Below, piece after piece: positions 53,831-64,000 of a stretch of DNA of 64,000 nt. The notes beneath the pieces were generated by a model. That model was not told the origin of the DNA. It saw nothing but the letters and a program-made list of their open reading frames with translations, and ran no database searches. This DNA is from Lama glama (Eukaryota), in NCBI GenBank assembly GCA_028534125.1, contig CM052817.1, positions 68,884,001-68,948,000 on the forward strand, read 5' to 3'. The position numbers and the translations under genes were made by a program. Position 1 is the stretch's first letter. Every line of letters begins with the position of its first letter.

Positions 53831-56120
53831 TTAGACTCATAACCTGATAATTTCTAATTTTATCTTAATATTTCTTGTTTTCATTCTTATGCTAATAAAA
53901 CTTCTAAAAGCTGAGCATTTCATACTGTAAAATCCAAACTTGAAAGGGGAATATCCATGGTAAACAATTGTTGGGGTTAACCCCGTGGAGTGTTATCCTC
54001 AGTACCTCCAGGTAGATGTGCTCCGTGATGCTGCAACACATCATGACATGCAGCTAGGTGAGGGAGTACAATCTGTTTAATTAGTTCCTTATCAAAGAAC
54101 CCTGGTATTTCATCAGAGAGATTTTATTATTTGGTAAATTTTTATTTAAACCTCACTTTTGACATTAGTTTTAATATATTTTTTCTTCTAAAAATAAAAG
54201 ATTTTTTTAGTGATAACTATGGGAGAATTAACTTTAAGATTTGGCTAAAATGAATATTTCCATAAATATCTTTTTACCTCTAAGAAAAAGAGGCATTTGG
54301 TGTTTGAAAGTGCTCTTAACTGCTTATAGAATTAGTGAACAACTCTTGTAAAATGAACAAGTTTTAGTATCCAGGGTTTAGGTCTGGCGTTGATTAGCTA
54401 TGAGGAAAGAGGTGAATCAAATAGACAATTACAATGAAAAGAAATTTTATGGACAAATTATATTTCACAGAAAAAAACAGTCTAAAATTTAATTTTAACA
54501 ATATTTAACATATATTGAATTAGTATTCAAATGTGTTCTTATAAGACACATTTTCCATGAATTCTGTTATGGAAGAGTTAGCTGCTGAGGTACCCACAGC
54601 CATGAAGCAGTGATTTCACTTACCTATGAAGGCAGCACTGCCACATTCCTCTAAGATGGAGTATTTTATGCCACTAACTTGCTGCATGTGAAGCTGGATT
54701 CTTTAGGTGCTTAAATGATTCCCACTTAATACCTTTCTAAAAATGATTCTTTACTAAGTGTAAACTGTATAAATAGCCCTTTGCCAGTCATTGGCAAGAA
54801 CTCACCCACTCTTTGGGCAAGGCTTCCTTTATCACAAAATATCTTTCACTGTCAGATGATGTTGAACGGCTGTCATGCCAAGGAAGAACATAATGCCTTG
54901 ATAATAATTTTGGATCTGCCTGTTGTCATTCACTGAAATATTGTAAGCTAATCCACCAAGAAACATGCTTTGATTTTCATCCTCATCATTAGAATGGATG
55001 AGTCATATAGGAGGTCTGAGGTATTTTATGATTAAATCCAGGAAGGTTTGGAAGTATCATGATTCCATATTTTCCATGATAGACGTAGCCAGATTTCTTA
55101 AATTAAGAATTTTTGGACTTTTTAAAGACATGGATAGCTGGCCAAATGTGTCAATGCTTATTCTGTTGGAATTTCAGGATTTAGTTGGCTGATTTTTTTC
55201 CCTCTTTTTCTTTTTCTCTTTCTACACTTAGAGGAGAAGAAACATTCCTCAGGTTCAGGGTTGAAATATCTAGTTGGAGGTCTAGATTTACTCTGTGACT
55301 GCTGTTGACAGGGAGTGTTTCCTAAGTTGAGGTCCTTTGTTTTCACCTAGGGACCTAGATTGAGATGTAGAATTTGGGATGAGCAACACCTTCTCTTGGA
55401 GTCCACTGTTGGCTTTCTTCCTTTTGGAGGAGCTTGAGTTTTTATTTCAAAATCTCAATTGGGATATAATTTCCTGTTTGGACTTTTAACCAATCACTTT
55501 ACAATGCCAAGAACATTTGCCTATGTCTAATTGACTTGCTTTGAGGGGTTGTGCCAGAAACCACATAGCATCTGAACTGTAATAAGCACATCTATATTAT
55601 TTAGGAACACATTGTTCTGTGATACTTCATCTTTCTTTTTGTACACCCTTCTCCCACTTTCTCTCTTTGCTCCTTTGGCACTATCTCCCATCACCTTCCC
55701 AAGGTGGCAATTCATTCCAGTGTTGGCAGGCAATGGTGGAGCCTGAGAGCTACCCTGAGCCACATCTTTGAAAAAGAGGAATTACATCATCTCAGAATTC
55801 AGTGTGCTACATTTAACAGTTTCAACGGGGGACTGTTTTGCTAACTTTCCCAAAGTATATACTGGGTTTCATCTCTATGACTGATAATCATATTTGCAGG
55901 TTGTACATTCATTGTTTTTACTTACAACTGTGACTTTGCGAAGCCATACATATTTAGTCTGCAGGCTACTCTTTTGCTAATTGGTAATGTCCATCTTTAA
56001 AACATCTAATATTTGTATCTGTTTCCTTGACAGCATGCTGTTAATGTTGCTAATATCAGTTATGATGTTGTATTCTTTCCTGGCTTCCAGTAGACTCTGA
56101 ACTAGTAAGAAAAAATGATG

Positions 56121-56121
<1 letters not shown>

Positions 56122-56163
<42 letters not shown>
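56122..56163. repeat. (GTT)14 microsatellite
   Basis: Perfect trinucleotide run read directly. Confidence 0.97.
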
Positions 56164-56164
<1 letters not shown>

Positions 56165-56599
56165 GATTCCTAAACCCTAGCAAAGTGATTGGCACACAGA
56201 ATAGGTGTTCAATAAAAGTTGTATGAATGAGTGTGAATTAATATAGGTATGTGTCAAAAATGCGTGGCAGCCTCACTCAGGGGTAGCCTTGAGAAACAGT
56301 AGTGATAAAAAAATTTCCCAAAAGGCAGAGTGTTGGGAAGTGCACCTGGTTAGAATATATGGGAATTATAGGCAGAGACAAATGGCCTAGCAGGAGCTTG
56401 TAAGGAAAAAGATTGAAAGGTTGGAGGCAGGTGGTCTGGAAGAGAAGCCTGTGAATTAACATAGGAATGGGCACAAAGTGGAAAGTTCTTTCATTCAGTA
56501 GTTCATATTTACCAGAGAATGTTCAGTACAGATGAGGTGCTAAGCATCCAAGCGGACAATATGACCCAACCAGTTTTAATGTTAGCCAGCCTCTATCAT

Positions 56600-57895
56600 T
56601 GTTTGCTCTGTGCTGGCAGGATGGGCCAGTGACAGAAATGTAGGTCACACATGGGCTCAGTGTCATGGATTCCCACTTCCCAAGGCTCTTCTAGCCACTG
56701 TCACTGCAGAATGTTTCTAATCTGACAGCAATGAGACAAGTACTGAGTTCCGAAATGGCATCAATTCTCAAGGAGATAAATTCTCTTCTTGTTGGCAAGC
56801 CAACTGTATTATTGGGCCCTCTCCACCCTGGAAGGGCCAGTGGTTCATTCTCACAAGTATATACGTAAATTTCAGGTAGGGGTTTGGTTTTTCTGTCCAC
56901 AGGGCCTTAGCCAGTACGACTCTCTGAAGATTTAAGTGTTTGGACCACTGATGTAATATCCCACATAGCATTGCATCAGAATAAGGGGCATATTTTCTAT
57001 CAAAAATGGTGTGGGAATGGACTCATGACTATGAGATCAACTGATCATATCACACATTGCACTACCTACAAGCTGATAGCCAGAGAGAGCATTAGAACTG
57101 TCTGCTGAAGACATAGCTGAAATGCCAGCTTTGGAGGTGATACTCTGTGTGGATGACACAGTATATGCATTGAATCAAAGATCTTTTATGGCATTCTGCT
57201 CCTAGTAGGAAAGGGAGACAAGGGTTGGAAGAAGGGCTAGATCATTACTTCCAATAACCCACTGGGGAACTTTGTGATTCATATTCTTGCAACTATGGGC
57301 TCTGAGGGATTAAGAGGTCCTAGGTTTCCAAAAGGGTGCACTTTTAGAAGGTGACACAGTAAAGATACCATTAAATTTCAAGCTACACATTTTGGGCTCC
57401 TTGTCTCCTAGGAGCAGCATGCAGGAAGGTGTCAACATCTTGGTACGGGTCATGGACTCTAATTATGAGGAAGAGATGGACCTGCTACTATGCAATGAGA
57501 CAGGGAGGAATATGTGTGGAGCCTAGGTGATCCACATGGCTGCCTCTTGATACTCCCTTTCCCAGATGTTACTGAAAATGGATAGATACTGCAACCCCAC
57601 CTTAGGAATGCATGGTGACTAGGGAACCAGGGTGCTTGAGCATGAGGATTTGGGTCATGGCACCAGGTAAACCACCAAGGTCAGAGAGGTGGAAGCTAAG
57701 TGTGAATGAAATCTAGACTATATCATGGAGAGAGGTGATGAATATCAATTATGGATCTGAGACAGCTGTAGAAGGAAAGACCCACCAGACGCTCTCTTCT
57801 AAGTTTTCTCTCTGGAAGAGAGGACCACTAAAATCTTGATGGAGCTGCCCCCTCTATGTATATGGAGGATTATATCTGAATGGTGGAGGTATGAG
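56600..57895 (+). mobile_element. ERVL-class (ERV3-16A3-like) internal region with fossil integrase
   Basis: Disrupted plus-strand frames give WAQCHGFPLPKALLATVTAEC, IGPSPPWKGQWFILTSI and NIPHSIASE*GAYF, matching ERVL integrase (WAQQHGLPLTKADLATATAEC; IGPLPSWKGQRFVLTGID; GIPHSIASDQGTHF). Confidence 0.88.
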
Positions 57896-57896
57896 C

Positions 57897-58255
57897 TGTG
57901 GTAGAGAAGGGCCTGCACCACCTAGTTCTTCCTCTAAGTAAAGTGTTGTTGACAAATGTGGGAAGTGAGGTTAGCAGGCAGCCTGCAGGTGCCAGTGCCC
58001 CAGGGACTGACTCAGCTGCATAGCATTGTTTCACTCAAGGTCATTCCCTTCCTGGAGCAGCTTATATCCAATGACAGATTGAGGTGAATTTATAAGGCTT
58101 TTCCCATTTTAGCTTGATGAAGGATAATGCTAATGGACAACAGTTGTTCCCCGACCCTCTATCCCAGAGTGATGGAGGCTTTGTTAGCCCTGCATCATAG
58201 TTCAACTTCCCCTCTGCCCAATCTTAATTCTCCTTCATTTCTCTCATAGAAATAA
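57897..58255 (+). mobile_element. ERVL 3' LTR (LTR16-like), partial
   Basis: Follows the internal region. 'ctcagctgca...caaggtcattcccttcctggagcagcttatatccaatgac...tataaggc' has LTR16-like CCAAT/TATA spacing. Confidence 0.7.
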
Positions 58256-58299
58256 TAAACTTCCCTGGTACAAAATGGGGCTTAAAAGATGTAAAGAGA

Positions 58300-58680
58300 C
58301 TTGACTGAGGAGAGTCTTGGTTTGTATAAAGAAATTTGGGCTTCATCTGAGGGTAACTGGCATCTATTGGAGGGTTTAAGTAGAAGCATGACATGATTAA
58401 ATTTGCATTTTAAAAAGTCACTTTATCTGCAAAAGAGAGTATGTAAGAGAGGGAACATTTTTAATGTCCTAGAGGTAGGGTCAATGGAACTATATGCAGG
58501 GAGACCAGCTATGATGCTGCTGCAGACATTTAAGCAATAGATGAATTGACTTGGACTAATATTGTAACAATGGCCACAGACTTGTAATTTGTTTATTTAT
58601 TTTTTTGGTTGGAGGCATGCCAGTGAAGGAGAGTCAAGGAAGACTCCTGGTACCTGGCTTGAGCAACCAGGAAGAGATTT
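58300..58680 (-). mobile_element. L2 fragment
   Basis: 'ctattggagggtttaagtagaagcatgacatgattaaatttgcattttaaaaagtcact', 'gagtcaaggaagactcctgg...ggcttgagcaac'. Confidence 0.75.
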
Positions 58681-59311
58681 GATAAGATTCTTCTGTAAAG
58701 AAGATACAATTGAATGTCTCTACCTGTAACCAAGAAGACAATTTCTGGAAAGAAAGCCTTTATTACCAAGATGAATAACAGGGTTACAGTGTTTTGGTGT
58801 CAGAATTTTTGTTCTTCTGTGTTCCTGTTACTGACTTACCACTATTGAATTGTAACTTACATGACAAGATTTACAGTAAAAATAATCTTGCCCCAAAAGA
58901 AAGATCTGCTTCCCTTCCCAGAGCAGTTGAAAGATAGCAGAAATGACCATCATAAGTGGCATCTGAGGCCCAGGTCATTTTCAGTCATTGCAGGGAGAAT
59001 TTTTTGTAGATGATTGTTTCCTTCCCATTTGTGGGGAAGGGAATAGGAGAGTCAGGAGATACCTTTTTCTGTAATCTTTCCTTTTCTCTCATCTCTTTCT
59101 TTCAAAAGAATTTAGAAAGACAAACAAACCAAAACCTGGTAGTTCAAGATCTAAGAGCCAAAAGCTTTGAAAAAGAATTCCCTGAAGGTTGTGAAGCTGT
59201 TGCAGTTTAGAGCATTATAGTCTTAGTGCTTTGGTCTTGAGACTCCAACAGACCTGGGCTTAGTAATGCTTCTGCTCTTCCAAACAAACTGGCCTTCGGG
59301 AAATACTTAAC

Positions 59312-59466
59312 CAGTTTTGCAAGGTGCAAAGAGTTCAGGAGATGAATAGTGTTGATTGGTAACACGCAATGTGAATGTACTTAATGCCACTGTACACTTA
59401 AAAATGGTTAAAATGGTAAATTTATATTATTAAACTTTCACCATAATTAGAAATAATTTTAAAAAG
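59312..59466 (+). mobile_element. L1 (L1MB-like) 3' end
   Basis: 'caatgtgaatgtacttaatgccactgtacacttaaaaatggttaaaatggtaaattt'. Confidence 0.85.
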
Positions 59467-59679
59467 ATTTACATGTTTTCTTGATCCTACTCCAATTTTG
59501 TGTTGTCCATTTTTTAAAAAATGCATAAAGTAAACAAGAATATATTCTAAGAGATTCAAATAACGTGTAACTGTTAATCAAAACAGAAAATTCCTCCTTG
59601 ACTTAAACTCAGCTTCTGCCTTCCCCAGGGTCACAGGTGATGTATATTAAGAGCAAAACAATTTGCAACAGATTAACCA

Positions 59680-60080
59680 GCCTTGGCGCCTCTTCTCTAC
59701 GTCAGTAGTCCTTGTGGCGCCTCTTGATGACGTCCTTAGTTTTTAATCCAAGCAGGCTGCGCGCGCAGCAGGAGGAGCTTGGAGAGAAGGGAGGCAGCCG
59801 CTGTGCTGGCGTCTGCATCAACCGGAGCTGCCGCGTGAAGAGGGTCCCAGCAAGAGTATGCAGAATGTTAGGGTTTCCTTGTGCAGCAACTCCGATTTAG
59901 GAGACGGTTCACGCGCAGAAACCACCATTTTCTTTTAAAAGCAGTTGCCACATTGTGGCTGAATCTGCACAGAGAGAGGCGGCCCGCCGATCAGCCCGCA
60001 GAACCCACCTGCGCCCTGGGGAGGATGGAGTCGCTTGGAGTGTCGGCCAGCTGCTGCTAATATGACTTGACTACTCGAGG
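59680..60080. promoter_or_regulatory. Small CpG-rich element, promoter/enhancer-like
   Basis: About two dozen CpGs in about 400 bp by hand count, against CpG-poor flanks. CRE-type sites at 59699-59704 and 59728-59734, TGGCGCC twice, palindrome gctgcgcgcgcagc at 59756-59769. Confidence 0.6.
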
Positions 60081-60084
60081 TACC

Positions 60085-60272
60085 TAATTTAAGTGAAGTC
60101 ATGTAGCGTTTGTATTTTTGTGACTGGTTTATTCCACTTAGCGTGTCCTCTGTCTGTACGTCATGTCTTCCAGGTTCATCCATGTTATAGCATGTCAGAA
60201 CTATCTTCCTTTTCAAGGCTTAATAATACTCTTTAGCCTGTGTGTGTGTGATCATATTTTATTTATGCAGTC
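60085..60272 (-). mobile_element. L1 3' UTR fragment
   Basis: 'tttttgtgactggtttattccacttagc...ggttcatccatgttatagcatgtcagaac...ttccttttcaaggcttaataatac'. Confidence 0.8.
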
Positions 60273-61829
60273 TGTAAATCTTTTAAAAGTGATATTTCAA
60301 TTGGCTATAATATGTAATAAAAATATGGATACGTGATGACATTATCATGAAGTTTAAGGAAGACTGAAAATGAGAAAAGAATTTAAGAAGAATTTGTAAA
60401 GTTACTGTTATTTCATTGATGGTAGACTAGTCTTTTATAGAGTAGAAAAAAGTCCTCCCCTTTTTCAGTCAGTGGTAATATGAATCAAGAAAGAACAAGA
60501 AAACTAAATTCTTGCTCCTATAGATCAGAGAATGAATACTCTTAAGTAAGACCAGACAGGTATGGCATAATTTCACTATTTCTGAGTCTTATGTCAAACA
60601 TTTCGTCACGTTTAAATTTCTTAGTGCCCTTCTATTTAAACTCCTGAAGGAACCAATTAAATGGACTTTTAGGATATTTTACAAGAGAGTAATTAGGAAG
60701 ACAGAGCTTTAAACTTTGCCTAATTTACCCTGTATCCGGAGGCATAACTAAAACTTTATTACATAAAAGAATGGAGGAAATTGAAAACAGAGGATTGCAG
60801 GATGTTAACAAAACATCATTCCTGTACACACAATATTTATATTGCCAAATGCCAGTAGAAATTCCTTTTGCATTTTATTTTTGCCGTATTACTTGTGTCA
60901 GGATTTCTGAAACAATTAGAAGTCAAGAAGGAAAGAAAACTTTCCCAGTGTTCTTTGCTTTGTTAAATACTTGTAGGCTAGGTATCTATGATCCGCAAGT
61001 TTCCAAAAGATATGCTCCAGGTGTTCTTCAAAAATAATTAAAATCTTTTGTTTTCTTTTTGTTTTAATATGAAGCATGCATAATAATTTAATTCCACCAA
61101 CCGGGATAATATATAATTTCAGACAAGAACTGTAACAGTTTTACCGAGGTCACTGCCAGAGTTCAGGAAGACTGAAGACCCATGCCTTTATTCTCTGTGG
61201 CATATGCCACCTCTCTTTTTCCTTTCCCCTATTTACCTTCTTATTCTGATACCTACCCTCTGTTTTCTCATTCAGCCATGTAGTTATATATTTTTAGGCT
61301 GTGATTTTCATTGGCAATAGTAGAGTAATCTTTCACTTATTTCAACTTATCATTGTATCATTAATAATTGTAGCTTTTTCCACTCTCAGAGAGGGGCTCT
61401 GAGAACAGACAGAAAAAAGTGCTTGCAAAAGGAGAATGGCAGCATGGCAACATGTGAGGAAAACAGTAAAGATATTGTATAGAAATTTTTATGACCAAAA
61501 GTTTTCTGGTTAAAAATCTTTTTTTCATAATTATTCTTTGTTATGTCTTTATTTTGGCATAGGAAGGAATGATTGATAAGTGAAAAATATGGACACATAT
61601 ACAAAAAATGTATAAAAAATAGTGTTGCAATATGTATATCCATTATTATTTAAGGAAAATAACCCCAGCGGAACATGTTTCTCAAATTTCAATACTAAGC
61701 TGAAGAACAGAGATATTCACTAAATAGTCAATAAATGTATGTTAAATGATTTGTAAGTTAGGGATGATCTCTTTATAATTATACTTAATAACTCTATATG
61801 AACCAGTAAGATTAGCAATGTGTAGAATG

Positions 61830-62000
61830 TGTTCTGAATCTTAAAAGTTCTCATCACAAGAAAAAGGAATTTGTCACTTACGTAATGATGGATGTTAACT
61901 AGACTTGTGATCATTTTGCAATATATACAAATACCAAATCATGCTGTACACCCAAAACTAATATGATGTTATCTGTCAATTGCACTTCAATTAGAAAACT
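61830..62000 (+). mobile_element. L1 3' end
   Basis: 'aatcttaaaagttctcatcacaagaaaaa...gatggatgttaactagactt...tgtacacccaaaactaatatgatgttatctgtcaatt'. Confidence 0.85.
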
Positions 62001-62609
62001 ATGTTCTGAACTCTTCATGAACGAGTTTGAGGAGTTTTTCACATTTCCCTAAAGTACATTGGAATGTACACCACATTTTTTCACCAAATCTAGGGAATTG
62101 GCAGTTCTCCTTGGTTCCACCTTAGTCTCAGCATTGCAGCTGCCTCATGTCCATCAGTCACATTTCTTAAATCTATGGCCCAAATTGCTTACAAGACAGC
62201 CTACTCCCCTCTCTCCTTACTCTTCCTTATTTTAGGTCCTAATTATCTCTTGGCTGAGTTACTATAACATCTTCTAAACTCAATTTTTTGCCTGTATTTT
62301 ATCCTATTCTTAGTTTTCAAAGAGAAAATATGGCCATGCTATTGTACTGATGAAAGCCTTTCAAAGGCTCCCTGTTTTTCTGATTGCACAATCTTATTTA
62401 TCAGAGTGATAAAAGATAACTTCCAAATGGAAAAATGAGAGGATACAGATTCAGTGTAAAATATTTCTAAATGGTTCACCATTCTCTTCAGGTAATATTG
62501 CAAAGCAAACTAAATTCAGAACAAGATTAACCACTAATAATGGTGATTACAAGTCCATGTTTAAAATAACCTTATTTTTAATTTATTTTGCTTGACTTCA
62601 AATCAGATC

Positions 62610-64000
62610 ATTTTTATAATGAATATATTTGACATACAACATTGTGTAAATTTAAAGTGTACAGTGTGTTAATTTGATACATTTATATATTGTAATGTGA
62701 TTGCTGTTGTGGTGGTGGTTATCTCATTACATAATTATAGTACAGCATTGTTGTCTACATTCATTATACTATGAATTAAGTCTCTATGACTTATTTACTA
62801 CTCATTGCAAGTTTTTACCCTTTAACAACATCAGTCTTATATCCCTAATCCCCTAGTAACCACCAGTTTGCTCTCTATTTTTTATGAATTTGACTTTTTT
62901 AGATTTCACATCTAAGTGATGTCATATAGCACTTGTCTTTTTCTAACTTATCTCATTTAGCATAATATGCTCAAGGTCCATCCATGTTGTCACAGATGGC
63001 AGGATATCCTTCTTTCTCACACATGAATAATATTCCATTGTGTATATATACCACATCTTTTTTTATCCATTCATATATTAATGGCATTTAGGTTGTTTCC
63101 ATCTCTTGGCTATTGTGAATAATATTTCAGTAAAAAATGAGAGTGCATATAGCTCTTCAAAATTCTGTTTTCATTTCCTCTGGGCATATACCCAGAAGTG
63201 TAATTGCTGGATCATACGGTAGGTGTATTTTTAAATTTTTGAGGAACCTCCATATTGTCTTCCACAGTGGTTTGAACAATTTACATTCCCACCAACAGTT
63301 ATAAGGGTTCCCTTTTCACCACAGTCAGGCCAGCACCTGCTGTCTCTTCTTGATGCTAACCATTCCAACAGGTGTGAGGTGATACCTCATTGTGGTTTTG
63401 ATTTGCATTCCCGTAATGATTAGTGATGTTGAGCATCTTTTATGTGCTGCTTGTCCATTTTGATATCCTCTTTAGAAAGTATTTGTTTAGTTCTTTCACT
63501 CACTTTTAATTGGATGTTTGTTTTTATTTGTTATTAACTTGTATAAGTTCTTTATATAGTTTAGATATTAACCCTTTATCTGATTTATAGTTTGCAAAAA
63601 TTTTCTACCATTCTGTAGGTTGTCTTTTCATTTTGTTAATTGTTTCTTTCACTATGTGAAGCTTTTGATTTTGATGTACTCCCATTTGTTGATTCTTGCT
63701 TTTGTTGTTGGTGTTTTTGGCATCATGTCCAAAAAATCATTGGCAAGATCAATGTAAAGGAGATTCATCCCTATATTTTCTTCTAGGAGTTTTGTGACAT
63801 CAGGTTTTATGTCTAAGTATTTGATCCATTTCGAGTCGACAAGTGTGAGTAGTGTGAGATAGGGATTCAACTTTATTGTTCTGCATGCATTTCTCCAGTT
63901 TCCCCAGCATTATTTGTTAGGAGACTATGCTTCCTCATTGAATGTTCTTGGCTTCCTTGTTGAATATTTGTTGGTTATATATGTCTGGGTTTAATTGTGG
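62610..64000 (-). mobile_element. L1 3' UTR and ORF2 C-terminal region (continues beyond the window)
   Basis: ORF 63652-63870 (NPYLTLLTLVDSKWIKYLDIKPDVTKLLEENIG...INKWEYIKIKSF) is L1 ORF2p. A typical antisense 3' UTR runs down to about 62610. Confidence 0.95.

Noticed and set aside
55977..56195. ORF with a poly-Thr tract
   Set aside because: Translation of the (GTT)14 microsatellite.
1..64000. CRISPR arrays, operons, prokaryotic systems, rRNA, or known miRNA/snoRNA genes
   Set aside because: The DNA is mammalian, and I saw no regularly spaced repeat-spacer array or recognisable structured RNA gene. An Rfam/Infernal scan would be needed to exclude small RNAs formally.

Overview
AT-rich, repeat-rich mammalian genomic DNA, most likely camelid: two Vic-1-type tRNA-derived SINEs are present. 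No intact protein-coding gene or confidently recognisable exon of a host gene was found. The main feature is an apparently full-length processed pseudogene (retrocopy) of the mitochondrial citrate carrier SLC25A1 on the minus strand (about 52000-53561). It has a 14-bp target-site duplication, AATAAA and a poly(A) tail, and it sits inside an old MaLR LTR. It lacks its native ATG, has an in-frame 63-nt deletion and two frameshifts, but is preceded by an in-frame ATG from flanking DNA and remains strongly CpG-rich. A second, unexplained CpG-rich promoter-like element lies at about 59680-60080. The rest is L1, L2, CR1, MIR, MaLR, ERVL and DNA-transposon remnants, an exact 80-bp tandem duplication and a 500-N scaffold gap. 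Repeat family names come from recalled consensus sequences, and boundaries of old repeats are approximate. I found no convincing evidence of a wholly new biological system; the leads are ranked below.
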